NCBI GenBank assembly: GCA_964483025.1
Contig: CAYZZT010000001.1
Location: 1-47,887, forward strand
Source: an uncultured Candidatus Saccharibacteria bacterium
Lineage (GTDB): Bacteria > Patescibacteriota > Minisyncoccia > Phycocordibacterales > CAIZIN01
Direction: 5' to 3'
DNA length: 47,887 bases
Part shown: positions 33,490-42,654 of the stretch, in pieces
Numbering within the stretch: the stretch's first letter is position 1
How the letters are laid out: the number at the start of each line of letters is the position of its first letter
Translations under genes and position numbers: made by a program
The notes under the pieces: generated by a model
What the model saw: the letters and a program-made list of their open reading frames with translations, nothing else
Told to the model about the DNA's origin: nothing
Database searches by the model: none

Positions 33490-34932
33490 TTATTTTATTT
33501 CTTCCCAAGATAGTGTTATATATTGATCGGAAGTGAGTGGAAAGCTTGGTGGGGGGCTGTAAAGTAAATGGCTATCATAATTTAAATTACGAAGCTGATA
33601 ACCAGTGCCATCTGTATAAGCAAAACCATAACGGATGGCGCTAGCTATCATGCCATTTAATGTTAGGGTATTTCTTTTGTAGTAGGTACTAGAGCAATCA
33701 GATTCATAGTAAAATCTACCGACACGACCTTTTTGGGCAATTAAGGATGCATCAATTTGTAAATTATCATCACTTATTAGTCCAACATTAATATTATTTT
33801 GGGCGATTAATCCTATTGTATCAGAGCCATCATAATTAGTGTAAAGTAGGTCATTGTTAATTGTGATATTTTTTCTAGTACTAGTATTATCTGGCAATAC
33901 AGCTGCTACAATATTTACTCGAGCACTATTTATTTTGCCTTCCACCCAAATATTATCCTCTAAAAAAATAAGGCCATTGTTTGGCATGGGGAAATTACCA
34001 ATAGAAGATTCATTTTGTATGCTCCATTTTTCATTCGAACAGGTGTCCTTAGAATAAAGTTTGGTAACTTTTTTTAAATCAAAAGTATCGTTAGTTTTTA
34101 AGATAATATGATATCCTTGTGAGCCAGAGCTAGCTCTAAAGTAGCCCTTATCTACAGCATCAATTTTCATCTCTGCGATATCAGCAGTAATGCCAGTAAA
34201 ATCTACCTCTGGAACTGGGAAGAGACGGCCAGCAGTAAAAATATCCGGTCTTGAGGGTATTGGGTTTGGGGGGAATGTGTCCACTGGCGAAACGTGAGTG
34301 TGTACACCGTATTCATTATTACTTCCACTGTGGTCCGGATCGTCATATGCAGTAACGCCACTTGTGATAATATTGTAAATTAAGCCGTCAAAACGAATAC
34401 CTTTATTGGAGTGAACTGGCCCATAGATTGTTGTGCCCTCGCCAAAACGCATAACATCATTTGTGACTACAGCATATTTAGCAATTGAAGGTTTAGCAAA
34501 TTTTGCTTGAATGGTCCGAGCGATACTTGGTTCCGCGTCTGTCCTGCCGGTTGATTTTACTACAACAAGAGTGGATCCTAAAGGTGGAGGTGTAATATTT
34601 AATGTAAAAGTTCCAATCTTATTATCATTTTTGTCATAAAAATCATGTACATAAGGTCCAGCTGTGCCCGTACCATCCTGATAATCTGTGGGAGCATGAG
34701 CTAAATGCCAGCGATAATAATCAATTCCCGCTTCAGCTATTTGAATAGAAAGCTCTCTACTGCCGGCTTGTTTGGATGATTTAATATCAATTACCGACCA
34801 GCCAGTCAGTGCTCCTAATATATATACTGCAATAGTGCCAAAAACCAGTACCTGAATTAAGATATATCCCCTATTTTGACAATCCTTTAAGTGGAACGAT
34901 ATAGTATTTTTTTTAAAAATATTTTTAATCAT
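33490..34932 (-). CDS. PilX-N-like pilus-associated protein, 480 aa
   Basis: N-terminal RGYILIQVLVFGTIAVYILGAL hydrophobic segment followed by QIAEAGIDYY, which resembles the PilX N-terminal domain. Overlaps the upstream pseudopilin gene by 4 nt. Confidence 0.6.
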   Translation of the reverse strand: MIKNIFKKNTISFHLKDCQNRGYILIQVLVFGTIAVYILGALTGWSVIDIKSSKQAGSRELSIQIAEAGIDYYRWHLAHAPTDYQDGTGTAGPYVHDFYDKNDNKIGTFTLNITPPPLGSTLVVVKSTGRTDAEPSIARTIQAKFAKPSIAKYAVVTNDVMRFGEGTTIYGPVHSNKGIRFDGLIYNIITSGVTAYDDPDHSGSNNEYGVHTHVSPVDTFPPNPIPSRPDIFTAGRLFPVPEVDFTGITADIAEMKIDAVDKGYFRASSGSQGYHIILKTNDTFDLKKVTKLYSKDTCSNEKWSIQNESSIGNFPMPNNGLIFLEDNIWVEGKINSARVNIVAAVLPDNTSTRKNITINNDLLYTNYDGSDTIGLIAQNNINVGLISDDNLQIDASLIAQKGRVGRFYYESDCSSTYYKRNTLTLNGMIASAIRYGFAYTDGTGYQLRNLNYDSHLLYSPPPSFPLTSDQYITLSWEEIK

Positions 34933-35543
34933 AAATTATCTTTCAAATTCCTTATAGAAACTTGGGTTGTCATATATAATGGGCCGGGAGATTTTAGTAT
35001 ATCTTCATCTATAATTAAATTTATTTTTATTAATCTAATTGAGGAAATATTTACTGGTTGACTTAATGGGGGAGAGGTACCGTCATAATTAGTATCGTAA
35101 TAATTGAAGATTGAAGTAGTGGCATTGGCAATTCCATTCGCAAGTTTTATTATTTTTTCGTCTGTTGGGTTATAGGTTGCGCCGGTAGGATTTATTACTC
35201 CTTTATAAAAAGTTGTTCCGCTTAAAAAATACCGAATCTTTTCAACATCAGAGTCACTATCTATATTACTATAAAAAGTTAAGGAAGAAGTGGCAGCCTG
35301 ATCAATATAATAAGAACCAGCATTAGAAGGGGACATCGAACGCACTTCAACAGTAAAGTTTTTTAATATTTGCCTCGCACTTTCTTGAGCTACTAGATTT
35401 GAGCCCGTGTATTTATTTAAAGAAAAAATATCTATCTGGAATCTTACTAGAGCAATTCCGATGAGTGTAAATATAAAAATAGCTACAAATATTTCTATTA
35501 TAGTGAAACCTTGTTTTTTTGTTTTCAATAATGTTTTTTTCAT
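34929..35543 (-). CDS. prepilin-type N-terminal cleavage/methylation domain protein (pseudopilin)
   Basis: KKQGFTIIEIFVAIFIFTLIGIAL class III signal with Glu at +5. Confidence 0.8.
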   Translation of the reverse strand: MKKTLLKTKKQGFTIIEIFVAIFIFTLIGIALVRFQIDIFSLNKYTGSNLVAQESARQILKNFTVEVRSMSPSNAGSYYIDQAATSSLTFYSNIDSDSDVEKIRYFLSGTTFYKGVINPTGATYNPTDEKIIKLANGIANATTSIFNYYDTNYDGTSPPLSQPVNISSIRLIKINLIIDEDILKSPGPLYMTTQVSIRNLKDNL

Positions 35544-35546
35544 GAT

Positions 35547-36929
35547 TTATTCAGCAAGAATTATTTCTTTTTGTTGCCAGGATCCAGAAACTGTCACTGA
35601 TGTAGTTTGTGTGGTATAACCAGCTTTAGAAATTTCTAAATTATAATTATCTGGATTAAGGCCAGTAAAAAATACTTGTCCACGGGCTAAGCAGTCAGAG
35701 GCCTCAGTTGTGGTTAGTGTACTGCTATAGGTAGCATTACTTAATTTTACACTTGCATTAGATAATAGAAGACCTGTAGTAGCGTCTTTAACATTTACTA
35801 AGATGCTAGATGATGCCACAGGGGCAACAATAAATGTTAAATTATTAGTAGTACCGGAGTTTATAGAAAAAATACTTCCTGGAATAATACCTGCTAAAAT
35901 ATAAGTCTGATCTGGGAAAATAGACCTGTATTCATCAGTATCTAAATTCTTAATGCTAAAATTTCCAGAGCTGTCTGTTGTGCTAGTGGCGGAATATTTG
36001 TAGATGATAGGGCTAGTTCCAATTATTTTTGTGCCTCTTAAAAAGAAATCAATGTTTGGTATTGCTTCACATGCGGTGCCAATACTTTTAACATTTATGG
36101 TGCTGGCCGGATCGATAATAAAACTGATTTCTGTCAATTGTTGGGTCAAAACAGTCGCATCTATTTTGTCTGGCGTTGGATTGGAGGGGTCTCCAATCGG
36201 GTAGGTTCTATCACTGGTGTATCCTGTTTTAGAAACATTTATTTTATAAGCTTGATTTCCAGGTGGGGCATTCACAATCTGAAGCAACCCCTGATTGTTG
36301 GAAGTATCATCTATTGTAAAATTTGGAATGGTTTGTTTGTTTTCAATATGAATATTTGCATTAGGAACAGGTGTACCTGTAGAATCAAAAACTTTGATAA
36401 AGATGGCACCATTAGTAGAGGAGCTTTCTAAATTTTTTGGAGCAATATTTGTTGTCACAAAAAGAGGTGGAAAATTACGACAGGTCGCACAATTAATTTC
36501 TAGTTCTGCCAGTTTGTAATCAGCTGGAGAAGTATCTTTCGGTGTTCCATCAATAGTGCCATCAAACGGATCATCAATATTTCTTATGGTAGTTTTTATA
36601 GTAAATTCTTTACCATCACGAATGAGAGTTTGATTGGCTGGTATCTTTCCAAGAGGCAAACTACCTACAATTCCTACATCCTCATAAGATAAATTACGCA
36701 AGATTTCAAATTGTTCATTGGCCAAAGCCGTAGCTGTTATTTTTGAACGGGAAAGCATAACCACATTCATGGTTATGATATAAGCTTGATAAACACTTAT
36801 AGCTAAAATCATAAAAACTGCCGCACCGATCACAGCCTCCACTAGTGTAAAACCACTGCTTTGTTCTAGTTTTACAAAACAAATTTTTTCTCTATTTTTA
36901 TAAATTTTAATCATATCAATTTCTCTCAT
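35547..36929 (-). CDS. large pseudopilin-like protein with prepilin-type N-terminus, 460 aa
   Basis: SSGFTLVEAVIGAAVFMILAISVY prepilin-like segment, followed by beta-rich T/S/N repeat domains. Start could instead be ATG 36914. Confidence 0.7.
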   Translation of the reverse strand: MREIDMIKIYKNREKICFVKLEQSSGFTLVEAVIGAAVFMILAISVYQAYIITMNVVMLSRSKITATALANEQFEILRNLSYEDVGIVGSLPLGKIPANQTLIRDGKEFTIKTTIRNIDDPFDGTIDGTPKDTSPADYKLAELEINCATCRNFPPLFVTTNIAPKNLESSSTNGAIFIKVFDSTGTPVPNANIHIENKQTIPNFTIDDTSNNQGLLQIVNAPPGNQAYKINVSKTGYTSDRTYPIGDPSNPTPDKIDATVLTQQLTEISFIIDPASTINVKSIGTACEAIPNIDFFLRGTKIIGTSPIIYKYSATSTTDSSGNFSIKNLDTDEYRSIFPDQTYILAGIIPGSIFSINSGTTNNLTFIVAPVASSSILVNVKDATTGLLLSNASVKLSNATYSSTLTTTEASDCLARGQVFFTGLNPDNYNLEISKAGYTTQTTSVTVSGSWQQKEIILAE

Positions 36930-37008
36930 TTATTTTAACATATTATGCTTGTACCACATAGTTTCTTTGATTCTATTATTAACAAAAGGGGTATGATATA
37001 ATTGTTTT

Positions 37009-37764
37009 ATGTTGAAAAATAAAAAGCTTATTATAGGGAACTGGAAGATGTCTCCGACCACATTAGCTGAATCCAAAAAGCTTGTCGCCAATATCACAAA
37101 AACGGCTGTAAAGCTAAGGAAGATGATAGCTGTTCTTGCCCCTTCTTTTGTTCATATTGCTTCTTTTAGTAATAAAAAATCAAAAATTTTGTGGGGGGCT
37201 CAGGATGTTTGTGAAAAAAGTGCCGGCGCCGCTACCGGAGAAGTAAGTGTAAAAATGCTTAAAGATTTACATGTTCAATTTGTAATAATTGGGCATTCTG
37301 AGAGAAGGATGATGGGCGAAACAAATGATTTGATTGCAAAAAAAGTTGTGACAACTTTAGCTGAGGGTTTAAAACCAGTACTTTGTATTGGAGAAGTTGT
37401 TCGTGATAATGATGGGGAATATTTAAATGAATTGAAAACACAGTTATTGGAGTGTATATCACAAGTAAAGCGAGGAGATATGCTTGATCTAATTATTGCG
37501 TACGAGCCAGTTTCGGCTATAGGAGCCACAGAGGCATTAAATTCTCACGATATTCATACAAGTGTTTTATATATTAGAAAAGTCTTAGCTGAACATTTTA
37601 GTAAAGATTTAGCACTTTCGGCAATGATACTTTATGGTGGGACGGTAAATTTAGATAATGCTCCCGATATTATTAAAAATGGGGGAGTGGATGGACTTTT
37701 GGTTGGAAGGGCGAGTTTAAGTAATGAATTTGGTGAATTGTTGAAAGCTGTGGAGAAAGCTTAG
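37009..37764 (+). CDS. tpiA: triosephosphate isomerase
   Basis: GNWKM, IIGHSERR and AYEPVSAIG motifs. TGaTATAAT 6 nt before the ATG. Confidence 0.9.
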   Translation: MLKNKKLIIGNWKMSPTTLAESKKLVANITKTAVKLRKMIAVLAPSFVHIASFSNKKSKILWGAQDVCEKSAGAATGEVSVKMLKDLHVQFVIIGHSERRMMGETNDLIAKKVVTTLAEGLKPVLCIGEVVRDNDGEYLNELKTQLLECISQVKRGDMLDLIIAYEPVSAIGATEALNSHDIHTSVLYIRKVLAEHFSKDLALSAMILYGGTVNLDNAPDIIKNGGVDGLLVGRASLSNEFGELLKAVEKA

Positions 37765-37800
37765 AAAAATAAAGAACGTTAGTGATTATATTTTTCTTAG

Positions 37801-37832
37801 CCCCGCCCTTCTTTATGTATTTAAGGGCGGGG
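37801..37832. terminator. GC-clamp hairpin downstream of tpiA (member of the CCCCGCCC-N16-GGGCGGGG family)
   Basis: ccccgcccttctttatgtatttaagggcgggg. Confidence 0.6.
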
Positions 37833-37849
37833 GCGAAAGAATTTTAAAT

Positions 37850-37967
37850 CGACATAAAATAAGAAATGTACTCATGACTATATTTTATGTCGTCCTCGGT
37901 ACTCCGGGGATCCATGTTAATCTAGAAATCAAATTTGGATTTGGATCCCCGCAAGCGAGGATGACAG
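37850..37967. repeat. MITE-like repeat cluster
   Basis: gacataaaat...attttatgtc hairpin, gtcctcggtactccggggatccatg, ggatccccgcaagcgaggatgacag. Confidence 0.7.
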
Positions 37968-37997
37968 AGAGAAAGGGTAATGGTAAAAATAATAATT

Positions 37998-39107
37998 ATG
38001 AAAACACTTAAAGATATTGGAAATGTAAATGGGAAAATAGCTCTCGTACGAGTAGATTTTAATGTGCCAGTAGAAGATGGAGTTGTGAAGGATGACTTTA
38101 GAATTAAGTCAGCGCTCCCTACAATAGATTTTTTAAAAAAAGCTGGAGCAAAAGTTTGTTTAATCGCTCACTGTGAGGCGAATATCGAAGGAGAAAAGTC
38201 TTCATTAAAACCAGCGTATGGAGTTTTGAAAAATTATACAGATTGTTCATTTGCAAATACTTTAGATGAAGTAAGTGGTTTATTTGAAGAAAATGATGTT
38301 GTTTTACTTGAAAATTTACGGATAAATTCTGGTGAAAAAGGTAATGATGAAGAATTTGCAAAAGAGCTGGCTTCTATTGCAGATTTTTATGTAAATGAAG
38401 CTTTTTCTGTTTGTCACAGAGAGCACGCTTCAATTGTAGGAGTTCCAAAATTTTTACCAAGTTATGCAGGACTTCAATTAGAAAAAGAAATATCTGAGCT
38501 TTCAAAAGCTTTTAATCCTTCTCATCCTTTCGTATTTATTTTAGGTGGTGCAAAATTTGAAACAAAACTTCCTTTAATAAATAAGTTTTTAGAAAAAGCT
38601 GATGTAATTTGTATTGGAGGAGCACTTTCAAATGATATTTTAAAGGGTCAAGGTAAAAATATTGGTAAGTCACTTGTTTCCAAGACAGAAATTAATTTAG
38701 ATAATGTTCTTGGTAGTAAAAAACTTATGGAAGTAGTCGATGTTGTTGTCGAAAATGATGGAAATGTTGAAACGAAAAATGTAGAAGATATTTTGGATGA
38801 AGATAATATTATGGATGCAGGTGTTGAAACAATTAAATTATGGGAAGAAAAAATTCGTGATGGAGCTTTTGTGCTTTGGAATGGGCCCTTGGGTAATTTT
38901 GAGGCAGGATATGATAAAGGAACTCTTGCTCTTGCACAGGCAATAGCATCTTCTGATGCTGAATCGATTGTTGGGGGAGGTGATACACTTTCAGCAATTA
39001 AAAAACTTAATTTAGAATCGGGATTTTCATTTATTTCAACAGGCGGTGGAGCAACATTGGATTTTCTAGCAAATGAAACTTTGCCGGGAATAGAGGCTCT
39101 AGGTTAG
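37998..39107 (+). CDS. pgk: phosphoglycerate kinase
   Basis: VRVDFNVP N-terminal motif, GGAKFETKL, C-terminal STGGGATLDFL. ATG 37998 fits the family N-terminus. Confidence 0.9.
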   Translation: MKTLKDIGNVNGKIALVRVDFNVPVEDGVVKDDFRIKSALPTIDFLKKAGAKVCLIAHCEANIEGEKSSLKPAYGVLKNYTDCSFANTLDEVSGLFEENDVVLLENLRINSGEKGNDEEFAKELASIADFYVNEAFSVCHREHASIVGVPKFLPSYAGLQLEKEISELSKAFNPSHPFVFILGGAKFETKLPLINKFLEKADVICIGGALSNDILKGQGKNIGKSLVSKTEINLDNVLGSKKLMEVVDVVVENDGNVETKNVEDILDEDNIMDAGVETIKLWEEKIRDGAFVLWNGPLGNFEAGYDKGTLALAQAIASSDAESIVGGGDTLSAIKKLNLESGFSFISTGGGATLDFLANETLPGIEALG

Positions 39108-39177
39108 TTGAAAGTTGAAAGTGTAAAGTGTTAAAGTAAGAAAAAACACCTTTGCTTAACAGCGAAGGTGTTTTGAA

Positions 39178-39591
39178 TTAATCTAATGCCAGCGGGTCTT
39201 GTTTTAGCCCGATGAGCCCGTTGAAAGTGACGCCTTTGGGCATGGTATAGAATTGTAGGCCTTCGTGCCTTGGGTGCAATAGGAGTCTGATGAATCCCGT
39301 AGCAATGTCCGGCTCGGAAGCTATTATTTCCGTGCCGTCTCCACCAATACCTTTTACTTGGAATTGAATGATGCGTTGCCAAGGTTTTGCAATCTTGTCA
39401 CCGGTGTTTCCAAGCATCCATTTTTGTGGGTCGAATGCGACCGTGCATGGTATGCGACCATCTGGATGTTGGCGAGGGCCGTAAAAACAGATGATGCCAT
39501 CACCCAATTCTACAAGGTGATGACCTGACGAATTGGTTAGAAATTGCAATAGGGTTATTAATTCTGGGCTTAATTGTTGTTGTGTATTCAT
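39178..39591 (-). CDS. hypothetical protein, 138 aa
   Basis: More G+C-rich ORF. Internal ATG 39591 preferred, because the upstream extension reads through AT-rich repeats. No family recognised. Confidence 0.5.
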   Translation of the reverse strand: MNTQQQLSPELITLLQFLTNSSGHHLVELGDGIICFYGPRQHPDGRIPCTVAFDPQKWMLGNTGDKIAKPWQRIIQFQVKGIGGDGTEIIASEPDIATGFIRLLLHPRHEGLQFYTMPKGVTFNGLIGLKQDPLALD

Positions 39592-39766
39592 GGTTGTACA
39601 GGTCCTTTCTTTCTGTACTTTATCACTATCTAATTTTTGGTCAACTTGGATAAATAATTCATACCTATAATAAATAACTTGTAACTGATAATCTATAACA
39701 AATAACAAGAGACTTTCCCGAAGGGAAAGTCTCTATTGTTATAAGTTATTAGTTATAGATTATTTG

Positions 39767-40189
39767 TTATTCTAGAGCGAATTTGATTTTCATTTCAACT
39801 TCTTCTGCCTCGCCAGGAAGATATGCTTTAGCTGGCCAGTGCATAAGACCATCACTTTCTTTTCGTGGAATAATGTGGAAATGTGCGTGTAGGATTTCTT
39901 GTCCTGCTGCCACTTCATTATTCATCCCAATATTTACTCCATCAGCCTCTAAGCCATTCTTTATAGCAATTGCGATTTTTTTAACCGTAATTATTATTCT
40001 GCAAAGTGTTTCATCTGGAAGACCATATAAATTTTCAAAATGATCTTTAGGAATGACAAGTGTGTGGCCTGGATTATTTGGACCAATACTTAAAAACGCC
40101 ATTGTGTAATCATCCTCGTAAATTTTACTTCTAGGGATTTCTCCGCTAACAATTTTGCAAAATATGCAATTTTCTTCTTTGTTTATCAT
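39767..40189 (-). CDS. HIT family (histidine triad) protein
   Basis: CIFCKI N-terminus and HAHFHIIP histidine triad. Confidence 0.85.
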   Translation of the reverse strand: MINKEENCIFCKIVSGEIPRSKIYEDDYTMAFLSIGPNNPGHTLVIPKDHFENLYGLPDETLCRIIITVKKIAIAIKNGLEADGVNIGMNNEVAAGQEILHAHFHIIPRKESDGLMHWPAKAYLPGEAEEVEMKIKFALE

Positions 40190-40217
40190 CCCTTTATTTT
40201 ACACAATATTCTATTTC

Positions 40218-40466
40218 TGTCATTCCCGCGAAGGCGGGAATCCATGAATTCAGATTCTGCAGACTGGATTCACAAGTATTTCTCTGCAAAAGTATTTTTT
40301 TACTAAAAAATCTTTTCCACATGCCTCAGACCGTCGTCTTCCGACCTTGCGCTCAGATACCCATCTGAGCTCACTGAGAAATCTTCTGAACACACCTCGG
40401 CTCGTCAGCCTCCGGTCTTGCGAAAACATACCCATGCTTTCTCACCTGCCTTCGCGGGAATGACAG
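40218..40466. repeat. long composite MITE-like element
   Basis: tgtcattcccgcgaaggcgggaatccatg ... cacctgccttcgcgggaatgacag. Internal modules shared with 12280-12516 and 40966-41135. Confidence 0.75.
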
Positions 40467-40515
40467 ACTGAGGAGAGAGTACCCCCTACTACATAGACAT
40501 GATAGAATAGCTCAC

Positions 40516-42381
40516 ATGAATCAAATCTCAGAACTTCAGAAACTATTGCTTGCAAATCGCGGTATTAAAGAAGATGAAATTGAAATTTTTTTGAACCCTT
40601 CGTATGAAACAGGGGTTTATGATCCGTATTTGATGAAAGATATGGAAAAAGCTGTGGATAGAATTCTGAAAGCAATTGAAGAAAAGGAAAAAATTGGCAT
40701 ATTTTCTGATTATGATGCCGATGGTGTGCCAGGGGCTGTGATGATGAAAGATTTTTTTGATAGAATTGAATACGAGAATGTTTTTTACTATATTCCCGAC
40801 AGGCATTTAGAGGGGTTTGGGCTCAAAGATGATTCGATAACAGAGTGTTCAGACAATGGAGTTAAACTTTTAATAACTATTGATTGTGGAATCACTGATG
40901 TAGGGGAAGTAAAACATGCAAAAAGTTTGGGAATGGAAGTAATAATCACTGATCACCATCTCCCGTCTGTCATTCCGGTGAAGACCGGAATCCACAAGTA
41001 TTTTTCTGCTGAAAAATCTTCTGGCCACGACTCAGCTCGTCAGCTTCCGTCCTTGCAGTCGGGCCCCACCCCGACTTCACAGTCTGAAAATTCAGGACTT
41101 GGATCCCCGCTGAGTACAGCGAGGATGACAAAAAAGAAGAGTAAGTCAGACAGGGGTTCTGATATCCAAAATCTCCCAGACGCCTTCGCCATTCTCGACC
41201 CAAAACAAGAAGGTGACGAGTATCCAGACAAAATGCTTTGCGGTACTGGTGTTGCTTTTAAATTAATACAGGGGATTTTAGCAAAAAACAGATTTGGAAT
41301 AGGCGAAAGCCAAGAAAAATGGTTTCTCGATATGGTGGGTATTGCAACTCTTTCAGACATGGTTCCACTTTTAAATGAAAACAGGACGCTTGCTAGTTAT
41401 GGACTCAAAGTTTTACGGAAAAGTAAAAGGCCGGGCCTTATTGCTCTTTTGAAAAGAGCCGGTGTTGATCAGGGATTAATTTCTGAAGAAGATATTGGTT
41501 TTATGATTGCTCCTCGAATAAATGCAGCTGGAAGAATGGGGCATGCGATGGACGCCTTTAAAATGTTAAGTACAACAGATGAAAAAGAGGCAGAAAAATC
41601 TGCTGATTATATAAATGATTTAAATAATGAAAGAAAGGGGATTGTGGCAAGAATGGTAAAAGAAATGAAAGCAATGCTTTCTACGCGTATTGAACATGAA
41701 AAAGAAAAAGGAGTGATTGTGCTCGGACATCCAGATTGGAAACCTTCTTTGCTTGGACTTGCTGCAAATTCGATAGTGGAAGAACATGGAATGCCTGTAT
41801 TTTTGTGGGGAAGAGAAAGTGGAACTGTTATCAAGGGTTCGTGTCGTTCAAATGGTGTGGTGAATATGGTGGAAATAATGAGGGGGGCTTGCGAGGGTAC
41901 ATTTATTGATTTTGGTGGGCATGCAATGTCGGGAGGATTTTCAGTGGAGGAGGATAAAATACATTTTCTTTCAGATTCTTTAGCAAAAGCATACAAAGAA
42001 GTGCTTGTTACAAGTGATGGAGAATTAAAACAAAATTATAATATTGATACTGTACTTGGTTTAAACGAAGTGAATGAGAAAACATATAAAGATATTCAGA
42101 TGCTTTCACCGTACGGCGAAGCAAACCCAAAGCCAGTTTTTCTTTTTAAGAGTGTAATTGTGAAAAGTTGCGCTCAATTTGGAAAAGAAAAAAATCATTT
42201 AAAAATTACTGTAGCAAAAGATGGCGGACGTACTATTGAGGCAATTTCATTTTTCGCCGATGAAAATAGTTTTATGAAAGAAATAAAAGAAGGAAGTACA
42301 ATTAATCTTGTGGCGAACATAGAAAAATCATTTTTCCGTGGAAGAGGGGAGCTGAGGCTTCGAATTGTTGATGTTGTTTAG
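40516..42381 (+). CDS. recJ: single-stranded-DNA-specific exonuclease RecJ carrying an in-frame repeat-derived insertion
   Basis: DHH motifs DYDADG, ITIDCG and ITDHH; DHHA1 GGHAMSGG. About 65-70 extra residues between DHHLP and LPDAFAILDP. Confidence 0.85.
   Translation: MNQISELQKLLLANRGIKEDEIEIFLNPSYETGVYDPYLMKDMEKAVDRILKAIEEKEKIGIFSDYDADGVPGAVMMKDFFDRIEYENVFYYIPDRHLEGFGLKDDSITECSDNGVKLLITIDCGITDVGEVKHAKSLGMEVIITDHHLPSVIPVKTGIHKYFSAEKSSGHDSARQLPSLQSGPTPTSQSENSGLGSPLSTARMTKKKSKSDRGSDIQNLPDAFAILDPKQEGDEYPDKMLCGTGVAFKLIQGILAKNRFGIGESQEKWFLDMVGIATLSDMVPLLNENRTLASYGLKVLRKSKRPGLIALLKRAGVDQGLISEEDIGFMIAPRINAAGRMGHAMDAFKMLSTTDEKEAEKSADYINDLNNERKGIVARMVKEMKAMLSTRIEHEKEKGVIVLGHPDWKPSLLGLAANSIVEEHGMPVFLWGRESGTVIKGSCRSNGVVNMVEIMRGACEGTFIDFGGHAMSGGFSVEEDKIHFLSDSLAKAYKEVLVTSDGELKQNYNIDTVLGLNEVNEKTYKDIQMLSPYGEANPKPVFLFKSVIVKSCAQFGKEKNHLKITVAKDGGRTIEAISFFADENSFMKEIKEGSTINLVANIEKSFFRGRGELRLRIVDVV
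40966..41135 (+). mobile_element. MITE-like element inserted in frame within recJ
   Basis: tctgtcattccggtgaagaccggaatccacaagtatttttctgctgaaaaatcttct...cttggatccccgctgagtacagcgaggatgacaaaa. Same termini and internal modules as the intergenic copies. Boundaries approximate. Confidence 0.75.
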
Positions 42382-42390
42382 TGTCTCTTT

Positions 42391-42603
42391 TGTCATTCCG
42401 GCGGAGGCCGGAATCCAGTCGGTAAAAATCCGAAATCCGAAGCACCCTGGCCGGGCAGACGAAATCCCTGGCCGGGCAGGCCGAAACAAATTCAAAATAT
42501 TAAACTTAAAAATTCAAAACAGAATTCCATGGATTTGTTTAATATTTCGGGTTTAATTCTTTTGGATTTGTTTCGAATTTCGTATTTCGTGCTTCGAATT
42601 TAT
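42391..42603. repeat. composite MITE-like repeat cluster
   Basis: tgtcattccggcggaggccggaatccagtc, duplicated ccctggccgggcag, gtttcgaatttcgtatttcgtgcttcgaattta (also near 12220). Confidence 0.7.
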
Positions 42604-42654
42604 GTAAAATAACCCAGTGTAGTACACGTGTTAGGTAAGTGTTATAATCTACCA

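Noticed and set aside
9983-38960. Additional CUGAUGA occurrences (about 9984, 19073, 29694; minus strand about 35940) as further hammerheads
   Set aside because: None has a stem II followed by GAAA and a pairing stem III with a valid cleavage triplet. All lie inside well-supported coding sequence.
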